The notes beneath the pieces were generated by a model. It was given only the letters and a program-made list of their open reading frames with translations, was not told where the DNA came from and did not search any database. From the NCBI RefSeq assembly GCF_009914755.1, contig NC_060934.1: a DNA stretch of 64,000 nt; one strand, 5' to 3'. Both the position numbers and the translations under genes were made by a program. The stretch is from the human T2T-CHM13v2.0 reference genome, Homo sapiens. Every line of letters begins with the position of its first letter. Within the stretch, counting starts at the first letter, position 1. Of the stretch, positions 43,330-58,727 are shown piece by piece.

Positions 43330-46115
43330 AATAGTAAAAGGAGAAAAGCACTTCTTCATGTTGTTGGTGAATTGGGATAAGGTAGGAATACCCTTGGGTG
43401 GGGACCCAGCCTGCTTCATTGGGATTTATTTATTTGTAAATGAACAACAGGGTGATGGTGGTGGAGGTGCAGCTATAGGCATGACGATACAGAATGTTGC
43501 TTTCCAACTGAGGGGTTTTCCTAAGCTAACCGGCAAGAGAATTCCTTAGTGCAGGCCTCATAGGGAGGTGGTGAGAGTATCTGCCCACTCAGGGCCCTTC
43601 ACTGCCATCGCACTAGGCAAAGAGCTCTACTTGAACCTCAGATTCCTCACCTGTGAAGAGTGAGCTGAGTTAGATGATCCCAAGAGTCCCTTAAAGCATA
43701 AGGCCCTTGGTTCCAGTAAGCCTGAGTGCCAAGCTTGTGGCCAGCTACCTCCCTCCAGTGCCTGGCATATGGCAGACTCAGAAAAGGCTGGGTAAGTGGC
43801 CAAGGGATGGAGAAGTGAATGAGGTGAAAGTTTGCCCTGCCAGCCTGCCTGACACCCTCTTTCCACTCTTGCAACTAATTCTAGATAATTCCCCAGGAGT
43901 TCCAACGTAAATCCCTCAATGAGTAGGTTTAAATCCAAGGCTGAATCGACTTGCTTTGTGAGTAACTTCCTCTGCGTAGGTGGAGGAAGGAAGGGGCAGT
44001 TGTCAGCTTCTCCCCATGATTGGCTCTGCCTGGGCTCCAGCCTAACTCCTGGGTCCTGTTCCTAATCTGAGGGAACAGGGAGCTGGTTGGGGTTTATGCC
44101 ATCCCAGTCAGCTGATAAATAACAGGGATTCCAGCCATACTTCTCAATGCTGGAGGGTCCAAAGGGTGTCCAGTTCTCCCGACATGCATTGTGTCAACAA
44201 ATAGCAAGATGGTGGCAGAGCACAGGCAGCCCAGCTCTCTAAATTCCTCACCTCAAAGGCTTTGCGTGAGGTCTTTCTCTCCACCTGTCTTTCCTTTCCC
44301 CAACTGTGTTCAGAGGTTCCTTGGAAAGTCCACAGATGAGAAGGTCACCCAGGGTTAGGATGCTGAATTTCTTTCAGCCCACTCCCCTCATCTGTGTAAC
44401 CAAACAGCTTCCACAGTGAAGAGCACTAGACCAGATGGTGAGAAGTTGTGGGTTCTAGCCCTTGCCCTTCCCCCAGCTCTCCAGTGGTTTGGAGCTAATC
44501 TCCAACCTCTGTGGACTAGATTTCTCCAGGGCTCTTATCTAGCTGGTGCCTAATCCCTCGTGGTGTCCCATCTCTGAGCCTCTGACCAGCCTTGGAGTGT
44601 GTCCCTGAAGCCTGCCCATTGTGTGGGCCTATGCAGGTGCTGAGTGGCTAAAGGAACCTTGGGTAGGGAGAGCCGGGGAGTAGGAAGCTGGATGCAGGCT
44701 GGGGTGATGTGCTAAGCTCAGCCCACTTGCTGACATTTGCTTTATTGCATTAAAGTCTTTCTCTGAAGGGTGAGTAAGTCCTCTAAATCAGGCATATGAG
44801 GATTGCTCATCGGTGGGTGAGTCACTGGAGGGTAAGCCAAGTGAAGCCCCACAGCTGGGGATGGCTCTAGAACCCTCACTCCACTTAATAGTCTCTTCAT
44901 TGATTACATCTCCATTCTTGCCAAGACCAACTCTACACTGGCTTCCAGTGCCAAATGGGGAATTCAAGCTGATGGCGTTTAGATCCTTCATCCCCAGGTT
45001 TTGAGAAACACCTCTGTCGGTCTCCAAGCATCATCGCACATAGAGATGTGTTCAGGAGAAGAAAGATGTTAGTTCTCTCTTTCCCGGCTGTACCTGTAGG
45101 AAGCCCCCTCAGATCCACCCTAGCTAATGAGCTAGGCCAGATGGGGCAGGAGTTGTGTGAGCAGTCTCTAACCAGGATCCAGTGTGCTGGCAGGAGTCCT
45201 GGGTACTGTGGATCTTCACTGTGTGAGGCCCTCAGGAAAGTGCCTCACCAATTTCAATACTCTGAACAGCTCTATCTCTTTGAGTTACTGGTTGTTCTTC
45301 TGAACACCATAAAGCTCATGACTGCTCTGTTTCCCTTCCTTGCTAAGGCCACCAGGCAGCTCAGAACTAAACTCTTAGCCCACTTCTGGCAGTTTTGTAG
45401 GAACTTAACATGAATTTTGGGTGTTGATTCCACCGTTTCCTTTAAAATTTCCCATCTTTATTTTTCTTTTACTTCCATTTCCTCATCATTCTTAAAAAGA
45501 ACAGCAAAACTTTTACACCCTCTTTAAATAGACTCCACTGCATTTATGGAATGAAATAGGGTATAAATATATAGAGAGTAGCCTGTGCATCCTCAGTGTT
45601 ACTATTGTTCAACTCACTCTGAAGGGTTCATCCATAAGACTGGGTTCCTTTACCTTTTCAGTGAGTCTGCCAAGTCCTGTATTACTTCTGAAATAGATTC
45701 TGTACAGAGCCCAAACCTCATAGCTGGGGCCCTGGATCCTTGCCTCAGAATCACTAGCACTGCCCTATACTTTCAGCCTTGTATTCTGCTGCCAGTACCA
45801 TTCTATGGAGAGTGTTGGCACTGATGGACGGATGCTCAAAGCTACAGCGCAGGCCCTCCTGACCCCTAACCACTGGATGGGATGGAGGGGACTCCCATGC
45901 TTAGATAACCATCACCCTTCCATCCACTTGACAACCCCTGCTAGAACCTGGAATTCAGGGGAAAACAGCCAAACAGCCATATGGCCCCACCCTCATGGGT
46001 CCATGAGTACTGATGACTGTTCACTGGCTTTCTGTCCCTGCCTGGAGCCGACCTCCTTAGTTGGACCAATGTCGTTAGCCCCACACAATCCCCTTCTCCA
46101 GCTCCCCTCTTCTAG

Positions 46116-46564
<449 letters not shown>

Positions 46565-47608
46565 TATAAATGTTTTTATATCTCATTTTTACAGATGCAC
46601 AAACTGAACCTCAGAAATATTAAGTAACTTGCCCAAAGTCACACAGTTAGCAAAAGGTAGAGCTCGAATGAAGCTATTTCATTGATCTTGTACCCCTCTG
46701 AACACCTGGGGTATATAATAGGTACTTCTGTCCATTGGGCTTTTGTTTGCAAGGAAGTCTCCTCAGTCTACTTTAAGGAAAAGTGTTTGTGGATAAATGC
46801 AAATAGCACTGAATCCCCAGTTATACTCCATTCCAGCCACATTGGCTTTCTGACAATCCCTTAAACATGCCAACATCCCTCCTGCCTCAGGACCTTTGCA
46901 CATGCTGGTCCCTCTGACTGGAATCTTTCTCCTATAAATTCCCCCTCCAACCGATTAACTCATACTGGTTTTTCGCCTCTCAGTTCAAAATTCACCTTGC
47001 CAGGAAAGCCCTCCCAGACTAGGTCAGATGTCCCTATTGGCTCTCATAGTCTTCTATATCTTTTCTTCGTATTTCATCAAAGTTTAAAAATTTTTCATTT
47101 CTCTGTGATTATTTTATTAACGTCATCTCCTTCAGACTAGAAACACCGGGAGAACAGAGATTACATTGCATTTCAAGAGTAACCAAGGACAGGGTCTGAC
47201 TTATCCTAGGTATTCAATGAGTACTGGTTGAGTGAAGGAGTGAAGAAGTGACAAACAGAATGAAACGCTGGTCAGAAGCAGAAGCTGTTCTCTCCGTTTC
47301 TCTCAGAGCCCCTATGACCCTCCAAACGTGAGTTTCTTTATCCTGGACCTATTTGCCAGTTCCTCCCCAATCCTGGAGGAAGCAGATTCCCAGCCTTAGC
47401 TAATTACTGCTACCTTATTGGTCAGAGGCCATGGTACCCCCTCACCTCGTTGGTCACTGGTCAGCCTACGGCTGGGCTGCCCTTGGGTCAGATGCCCACC
47501 CTGGGATCAATCGGTTTCCTCTAAGTTCAGAGACCTGCCTCGCTCAGACTCTGAGACTTGAGCGTTCCATAAGAAGTCCCCAGAAAACTGCCATAAAGAA
47601 AAACCCTA

Positions 47609-47712
47609 CCGATCACTTGAGCCCAGGAGGTTGAGGCTGCAGTGAACCATGATCACACAACTGCACTCTAACCTGGGCGATAGAGCGAGGCCTTGTCTCA
47701 AAATAAATAATA
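47609..47712 (+). mobile_element. Alu right-arm fragment
   Basis: Partial Alu. Confidence 0.75.
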
Positions 47713-47794
47713 AAACAACCCTTCCCTGCTTGCCCCAAAGTGATCAATTGTGGTAACTAAATTTTATTTTGTTTTCTTTTTTTATTTTTTATGG

Positions 47795-48093
47795 TTTTTT
47801 TTTTTTTTTTTTTGAGACGGAGTCTCGCTGTCGCCCAGGCTGGAGTGCAGTGGCGCAATCTCGGCTCACTGCAGGCTCCGCCCCCTGGGGTTCACGCCAT
47901 TCTCCTGCCTCAGCCTCCCGAGTAGCTGGGACTACAGGCGCCCGCCACCTCGCCCGGCTAATTTTTTGTATTTTTAGTAGAGACAGGGTTTCACCGTGTT
48001 AGCCAGGATGGTCTCGATCTCCTGACCTTGTGATCCGCCCGCCTCGGCCTCCCAAAGTGCTGGGATTACAGGCGTGAGCCACCGCGCCCGGCC
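47795..48093 (-). mobile_element. Young AluY (AluYe-like)
   Basis: CpG-rich; diagnostic GGGCGAGGTGG, GGGGGCGGAGCCTGCAG and GCGACAGCGAGAC on the minus strand. Confidence 0.85.
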
Positions 48094-48410
<317 letters not shown>

Positions 48411-49201
48411 TAACTGAAATTTAAATCCTGGTTCATTTGTACTAGTAGGTCCGATCCCTTCCCACTATTCCATCACCCATCCCCAGTACACACCCGTTCA
48501 CTTACGAAGTTTACAGAAACCAAGAAGCCACCAAACAGGGGCTTAAAGCAGGCCCTTGAAGTATCTGTGCATTTTTCATTCTGGGCTTCTTCCAGAGGTG
48601 AGGAGAAAATGTTTTGCTTAAAAGGAACTAACCTCCCAAATGGTGAAGCCTCATATATGTCACCATGGTAGAAAGATGAAAAACTATCCCCACAAGGAAA
48701 CAACAGTGGACTTAGAATCAGGAAGCATGGCTTCTGGTGCCAGACACGAGGGAACCCTACTGTCTGGGACCCACAAGGGAAGCTGCTCCCAAAGGCAACC
48801 TGTATGTACGTGAGTGTAAGTGTGGAAGGAGGAGGGGGAGCCAGGAGCAGGTCCTGTAATGCCCTAAAGTTGCCAGACTGCAAGTAATTTCAAAAGTTCA
48901 CATAGTTCTATCTCCTGCTTCAGAAGAACCATCCCCAAACTAGGCCAGAATGACCTGTTTTCTATAGAAAAGCAGGGGAGAGAGATAATGTATTGAATAT
49001 TTACTATGGTCCAGCTGTGTGCTGGGTGCTTTGCATATGTTCTCTCACTTAAGATCTGCAAGAACCCTGCAAGATGGATATTGTTAGCCCTGTTTTACAG
49101 ATGACCTATCCTGCCCAAGGCTACATAGCTAGAGTCTGAATTTTAGAGCCAGGATACCCAACTTGCAATGGACTTCCAGGGCTATACTCTTTCCCATAGA
49201 C

Positions 49202-49541
49202 CAGGGTTCCCCAACCCCTGGGCTGCAGACTGGATACCAGTCAGAGGCCTGTTAGGAACTGGGCCGCACAGCAGTAGGTGAGCGGTGGGCAAGTGAGAAT
49301 TACCACCTGAGCCCCGCCTCCCGTCAGATCAGGGGCGGCATTAGATTCTCATAGGAGTTCAAACGCTATTGTGAATTGTACATTCGAGGGATCTAGGTTG
49401 TGCGCTCCTTATGAGATCTTATGCCTGATCTGAGGTGGAACAGTTTCATCCCGAAACCATTCACCAGCCCCGAACCCCGTCTGTGGGAAAATTGTCTTCC
49501 ACAAAACTGGTCCCTGGTGCCAAAAAGGTTGGAGACCGCTG
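49202..49541 (+). mobile_element. MER1B (hAT-Charlie)
   Basis: CAGGG.TCCCCAACCCC...GGCCTGTTAGGAAC.GGGCCGCACAGCAG...GGTGCCAAAAAGGTTGG.GACCGCTG; TSD-like CCATAGAC/ATCTAGAC. Confidence 0.85.
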
Positions 49542-49616
49542 ATCTAGACTACAGTATGTTCCAGAAAAGGAAATTTAACAGCTTCTCAGTATGTGTCTCC
49601 ATGTCTATACCCCTTA

Positions 49617-49900
<284 letters not shown>

Positions 49901-50458
49901 AACACTGAGCATTGAGGATTGGACAAGCAGAAGTGGGATTTCTATGGGAAAGGCTATTGTGGGAAGGATTCAAGCCTCGGAGACTTTGCACAACTCCCTC
50001 CCTCTGTCTCATCGCTTCCCCTGATCACCCTGCTCATTTATAGCTGTCCTTTGGTCTCACTCTTTATTCCCCTCCTCAGCCTTCTCGGATTTCAGGATTC
50101 CATATTACGTGTCTTTCTGGTACCTATACCTTTCCTTCACAGTACTATCATGTGGGAATTAAATAATGATGCCTGTAATTTTTAAAAATCTGCTTTATTG
50201 AGGTATAATTTTCCTACAATAAACATTTACTCATTTTACCTTACAGTATAAAGTAAATTAAGTAAACAATATTAACTCTTCTGATCTATGAATGTGGATG
50301 TCTTTCCATTTATTCAAGTCTTCTTTAGTTTCTCAACAATATTTTGTAGTTTTCAGTGTACAAATCTTTCACTTCCATTGTCAAATTATTCCTAAATATT
50401 TTTGGATGTTACTGTAAATGGATTAATTCATTTACATGTAATTTCATACATAAATTGA

Positions 50459-50825
<367 letters not shown>

Positions 50826-51185
50826 TATCTTTTTTACTTATTTCTGGGTTTGATATGCTGATATTTTGTTAAAGATTTTTGTACTTATGGTTGTGAGGAA
50901 TATTTGCCTTTGGTCTTTTTTTTTTGTGATGTATTTGTCTGGTTTTGGTATCAGGATAATGCTGCCCCCATGAAATGATTAAGAGTTCTTTCCTCTTCCA
51001 AGTTTTTGTAAGAGATTGTATAGAATTGGTAGTGTTTCTTCCTTAAATATTTGAGAACTTACCAAGAAGTCATTTGGGACTGAGCTTTTCTTTTTGTGAA
51101 GCTTTTTAGCTATAAATTTGATTTTTTATAGATAGATGAATAGAGATAGAGAGCTATTCCAGTTACTTAGTGTTTCCTTGAGTGA

Positions 51186-51500
<315 letters not shown>

Positions 51501-51837
51501 TCCTTGAGTAAGCTTTGGTAATTTGTGTCTTTCAAGTAATTTGTTCATTTCACTGAAGTTGCTGAATTTGTTTAACATAAAGTTTTTAATATTTCCTTGT
51601 TATCCTTGGAGGTCTTAGGATCTATATTGATGTTCTCTGTCTCATTCCTGATAATGGTAATTCTTGTCTTTTCTCTTTTTTTCTCCTGATAAGTCTGGAT
51701 AGAAATTTGCCAATTAACTAGCACTTGGTTTCATTGATTATTCTGTATTGTCTATTTTCTACTTACTAATTTTCACTCTTTATTTTTTCCTTCTTCCTCT
51801 TTACTTTGGGTTTAATTTGCTCTTCTTTTTAATAGCT

Positions 51838-52140
51838 TCTTTTTTATTTATTTATTTATTTTTTGAGACGGAGTCTCGCTCTGTCGCCCAGGCTGGAGTG
51901 CAGTGGCATGATCTCGGCTCACTGCAAGCTCTGCCTCCTGGGTTCACACCATTCTCCTGCCTCAGCCTAGCTGGGATTACAAGCGCCCGCCACCACACCT
52001 GGCTAATATTTTTTGTATTTTTAGTAAAGACGGGGTTTCACTGTTTTAGGCAGGATGGTCTCGAACTCCCGACCTTGTGATCCGCCTGCCTCGGCCTCCC
52101 AAAGTGCTGAGATTACAGGCATGAGCCACCGAGCCTGGCC
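51838..52140 (-). mobile_element. AluY-like
   Basis: TSD TTTAATAG(C/T)TTCTT. Confidence 0.88.
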
Positions 52141-52804
52141 CCCTTTAATAGTTTCTTAAGGTGGAAACTTATCATTCATTTTCTACTTTCTTCTTTTATA
52201 ACATAAGCACTCAAAGGTAAAACTTTTCCTCTAAGCCCCCATAAATTTTGATATGTATACTTTCATTTTTATTCAGTTCAAACTATGTTCTAATTTCCCG
52301 TATAATCTCTTTTTTGATCTACCTGATTAATTGCAAAAATTGAGGCGTTTTCCAGATATCATTCTGTTGCTGATGTCTAATTTAATTCCATGGTGATTAG
52401 GGAACGTACTTTGTGTGATTTCAGTACCTTCAAATTTACTGAGACTAATTTGATGGCTCAAAACATAGTCTGTCTTGGTGAGTATTTCATGTGCCCATGG
52501 AAAACAAATGTGTAATATTCTGGTTTAGGGTAGAATGTTATGAAATGTCAATGAGGCCAAGCTGATTGATGATGTGGTTCAAGTCTTCTATATACTTACT
52601 GATTTTCTGTCTACTTTTCCATCGATTACCAAGAAAGGAGTATCTTCAACCAAAATTAGGATTTGCCTATCTCTCCTTGCAGTTATATCAGTTTTTGTTT
52701 CGTGTATTCTGAAGTTGTTAGGTGCAGCAATGTTTAGGGTTGGTGTGTCCTCCTGATAAATTGACCCCTTTATGATTATGAAATACCCTTCTCTTATTTA
52801 AAAA

Positions 52805-52948
52805 TTTTTTTAAAACTTTTTTTTTAGTTTTTTGAAACGGGATCTCACTATGTTGCCTGGGCTGGTCTTGAAGTCCTAGGCTCAAGTGATCCCCTGCCTC
52901 AGCCTCCCAAAGTGCTGGGATTACAAGTGTGAGCCATTGTGCCTGGCC
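52805..52948 (-). mobile_element. Alu monomer (FLAM)
   Basis: Half Alu. Confidence 0.78.
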
Positions 52949-53022
52949 TGAAATGTCCTTCTTTGTCCCTGATAATATTCCTTGTTCTGTTGTCTATATT
53001 GCCTGATATTAATATTGCTACT

Positions 53023-53842
<820 letters not shown>

Positions 53843-54844
53843 TTACTGTACTTTGTTGGGCTTCCTTCTGAGTCCCCTTTCCCTATAGATGTCTGCAGCC
53901 AAGGACAGCTATCATATGACCTTAAACTCCTTTTAAAGTTTACAAGGACATTGGCCTTTATGCCAGAGCATTAATAATCATGATGGCTCACATTTATTGA
54001 GCCCTTTCTATATGCCAAGCACCTTGTTAAGCCCTTTGTGTGCATTTTCTCTTAATTCTCACTGCAACCTGATGAGGTAGATACCACTCTTATCTCCTTT
54101 TTAAAGATAAGAACATGGAGGCTAAAAAGTTTATGTAAATTGCCCAGAGGTACAGCAAGATCAATAAGCGAACATCAGGGCCAAGCACTCCTCACTACTG
54201 AACTCTGCTGTCTCGTCAGTGGCCTGCCCAGGGACACTTTGCTGCTCTCTTAACACACACCCCTTCGGCAATGTTATACACCCAGAGAACCACTGGATCT
54301 AGGGCCGCATCACTCCCTGTTCCATTCTGCACATCAGTTCATGTAGCTGAAGTGCACATACATTGTTGATCAGTGTGGTTTGGTGGTAAGAGCACTGGAC
54401 TGGGAGTCAGGGGACTTGGCTGTCATCCTGGCTCTGTGGTTTACCAGTCATAGCACTTTAGGCATGTTATTCAATGTCTCTGGGTGTGTAGTTTCTCAAT
54501 GCTGAAGGTAAGGGGATTGATTTAGATAACCTCAAAGGCACCTTCAAGAACCAACATCCTATGAGTCTATGAATTAGTGGCCTTGCTGATAGGGAGCTAA
54601 TCATTACCTAACCTGGCAGGGCATTTAAGATTTATTTACTTTAACAGTATTTATCAAAACCACAGAGCTTAGCTGCTCATTTTATGTTCATATATCTTCT
54701 CTGGCTTCCTGTTTATCCCAAAGGTTATCTTTTCAAACTGCCCTTTGGGCTTATAAAAACTCCTTTGTGTTCATAACATGTTATTAAGTGAACAAAAGCA
54801 GGTTACAAAACTGTATGTATCTCATTTTATTAACAACAGATTGT

Positions 54845-54955
54845 GTGTATGCTAGTGTATATATATTATATATATACACACACACAAGTGTATATACACA
54901 AGTATATACATGATACGTATATTGTAATATATATACTATAATATATAAAATATAA
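54845..54955. repeat. TA/CA-rich low-complexity repeat
   Basis: Seen directly. Confidence 0.75.
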
Positions 54956-56829
54956 GTGCCTCTACTTATTTTACATTTATGATTACTTACATAGTCTGAA
55001 AAGATATACATCAAAATATTAGAATGACATTTTCTGGATGGTGCAATAACTGGTGATTTTAATTTTATTTTTTATACATTTTTTTGTCCTTTATAATTTT
55101 TGCCCAGGGGAATTGCTTATATTTTTAATACTTATTGCTTATAAGTAATAAACTCACAAACTGATAGAAAATATCTCCTTTGGATTCAGAACTTCCCTGC
55201 CCCTTTGTCTCTGGCATCTTCTCCTGGGTTGGCTACCTGACTTTCTGTCTTATATTAGAAGACAGTGGGACACAGAGTAATCTAATCCCTGCGAGGTTGT
55301 CCTCTCCAGGCCCAGCTTTTAGTTACCCCCTCTTCCCCCACTTCCATTCACTTGTTTTCCTGTTCTTTTCTGTCCTTTTGTGTCAACATGGTCTTCCCTT
55401 TTTCAGTTTTTCCTCTACAATCACTCTTGAGTACTCTTTCATTCATTCATCATAAATTATGGACAAATCAGAACAACAGTGGAATGAGAATAACAACAGT
55501 AAGTTATTTAGAGTTGAAGACTGAGGTTCAAGTCCTGAATCTGCCCTAGGTAGAGCAAGATGATGTGAAAAATTCTTGGAAAATTGTAAAGGCTGGATCA
55601 GTGAGAATTGTCATTGCCAAGACCCTGTGCCGAGCCCCATGGGGGAAATGTCGGTGAGGAGCCTCTGTTCCCAAGGAGCTTAGAGAGTAGAAGTGGAAAC
55701 GCAAAGGGGGAGGGCAGGGAGGGATGCAGAGATAATCTCCATAGACGTGGAAATTACTAGATTCTGCAGAGGAGGAAGAAGGATGAGTCAAGTATCACCA
55801 TGGGGTTGGGGACCAGGTAACTGAGAAAAGTGGTGTCATGAATCCATTTATCAATCCATCTATCCATTCATTCCACAAATACACACTGAGCATCTGCCAT
55901 CAGCCTGGTACTATCAGAGGTGCTAGAGATGTAACAGTGAAGAAAACAGGTAACAACCCCCGACCTACCCCATTTTGTTTACATTCTATGAGATGACAGA
56001 GAAAAAGGAAGCAAACAAGTACATAAACAAAATCATTTCCGAAGGTGACAAGTGCTATGAGAAAAATAAAATTGGATAGTGTGTCAGAGAGCACCAAGGG
56101 GAGGTGACATTGGTGCTGATGTGTCATTAGCTGAAATAGAAGTCAGGGGCTGGTCTGAGGAGGAAGATGATGATTCCCTGTTAGAGCTGCTGACTCAGAG
56201 ATGCTAAGATTTACCTTCTGGTGAGATATTTTAACCTCCTCTCAAACTCTACATCCTATCAATCTCTGGCTGGGAAACTTCCAGTGGGTTTTCACTGCCC
56301 TCTGGACAAAAATCCCAGTTATTTAACTTGGCATTCAAGGGCCTCCACAATCTTGCCCAGTCTTCTTTCCTGCCCCCGTCCCCAGGTGAACCTTCAATTC
56401 TGGCTGTGATGGGCTCCTCACAGTCTCCACCTAGGCTACATCCCTTTGTGCCTCCTTACCTGGGTCCTAGGAGAGTCTCCTGAACTCTCCAGTCCACAGC
56501 CGTCCTGCTCTTCTCAGGACCCATGCCTCTTTTTCTGCCTGCTTGCCCTCTTAGATTGTTTAAGTGTCTTATAAGCAAGGGCCCAACTCTCCAATAAGAA
56601 TGCAGTCTCCTCAAGTGATAGGCTGGCCCCTTCAGGATCCTCTCTTCATTGGATTTGCTCCATACACTTGCCCAGAATTGCACTGAGGGGCTTTACAGAT
56701 AAGTATCTTCTTGTGTGAAATGAAGAAGGAGAGACAAAATGGAAAGAACCCAGAAGACAAAAGAGCTTCCCACCCAAATTCAGGAGTCAGATGACAGAAT
56801 TCAGCTGTGGTCAAAAGTGTTTGGAAGCT

Positions 56830-56965
56830 GGCCAGGTGTGGTGGCTCAAGTCTGTAATCCCAGCACTTTGGGAGGCCAAGGGGCAAAGATCACTTGAGGC
56901 CAGCAGTTCGAGACTAGCCTGAACAACACAGTGAGACTCCCATATCGACATTAGTTAAAAAATAA
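56830..56965 (+). mobile_element. Alu monomer (FLAM)
   Basis: Left arm only. Confidence 0.78.
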
Positions 56966-58141
56966 TTTTTAAAACATAAAAAATTACAAAAATGTGTTCT
57001 GAAGCAATTAGCAAAGAATTGATTCATTTTGCTGGAGGAATCAGCAATTGGAATGAATTCTATTTGCCTTGAGCATATAGGGATAAACCTGCCTAACACT
57101 GGTGAGCAGAGCAATGGCCTGAGACCAGAAGTCCTAGAATTCCTCCCAGCCCTCTATCCAAAAGAAAGACAGAGTCCTGGGCTCCAAGATGATGGCACAA
57201 TCAGGAACTGGCCCAGAGTAATCCATTACCCTTCTCTCCAAGGCTTCCTTCCTCTGCTTCCTAGGCTTTGTCACAATTTCCTCCATTTAACCCGTGGGGG
57301 GATGGAACACCTGTTTACCCATCTGAAATGCAGGATGATAGGAGATCACCTGCCCTCTGCTCCTCCCTCCTTCCCTGTCAGGACTGAGTCAATACCGATG
57401 TTCAACTTCTGGTGATTAGAAGTCAGGATGTTCAGGTGGTGGGAGGTTAGGTGAGGGACACGTGATTGTCATGACGGGCATTTGGGATGAAAGTCAGAAC
57501 CATAAACACATATTCATTATGACTCTCCTTCTGCCGGGTCTTTCATCTGGGGAATCTCAAAGCCCTGGACAAATGGTAATTAATTTTCACAACAGCTTCC
57601 ACAAGAGGATGCAGTGGTGTCTGCCAAAGGCCAGGGGGTATTTTCCCAGTATTCTTCCCTCAACCTTTCCTGCTCACTCCCAGCCCCTGCCAGCCCCAAG
57701 GTGACGATGCAGAGTGGGTAGGATGCCTGGGCTAAAGACTCCTTCCTGGGACCTCTCTGTCCAGAAGGCTACAGGGGCAGATGGAGACTCCTCCCAACTA
57801 GCCTCCTGCCCCTACACCCTACCCTACTCTCCCAGAGCGTGACTAAGAGTGAACCAGGCAGGAGTGGGAGCATTTCCTGCCTCCACTGGCAGGCTGGGAC
57901 CAGACAACAAGTTAGTTGACTCAGGAGGAACCACATGGCTCCAAAAATACATCTGCCTCTGCCCGGTTCCATCTCATGCTCCCTTCGCCCTTTAGATATA
58001 GTCACTTGCTCCTTCCCCCAATCCCACCCCTGGGGAGCCACTTGAAGTCATTTTTGCCCTTAATTCTGATTATAAAAGAACTATAAGTGCATCATAGGAA
58101 ACCTAGAGAATGTAGAAAAATACAAACAAGCATTTGAATAA

Positions 58142-58530
<389 letters not shown>

Positions 58531-58579
58531 CTTTGAGTTTCATTTAAATATTAATATATACTCACAACAAAACCACAAT

Positions 58580-58686
58580 TATACATATATGTATGTATAT
58601 ATGTGTGTGTATATATATATATTATATATACATATATATACATATATATGTGTGTATATATATTATATATACATATATTATATATA

Positions 58687-58727
<41 letters not shown>
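58580..58727. repeat. (TA)n/(TG)n microsatellite
   Basis: Seen directly. Confidence 0.88.

Larger units (their letters stand above)
29675..43350 (+). other. DUSP5: DUSP5 gene span (approx. TSS to distal poly(A) site), 4 exons
   Basis: CpG-island promoter, four phase-compatible coding exons and AATAAA at 43324-43329; TSS and cleavage site are approximate. Confidence 0.93.
42233..43350 (+). other. DUSP5: DUSP5 3'UTR
   Basis: Runs from the stop codon to about 20 nt past AATAAA 43324; contains miRNA seed matches (miR-27, -203, -25/92, -26, -181, -23). Confidence 0.85.
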
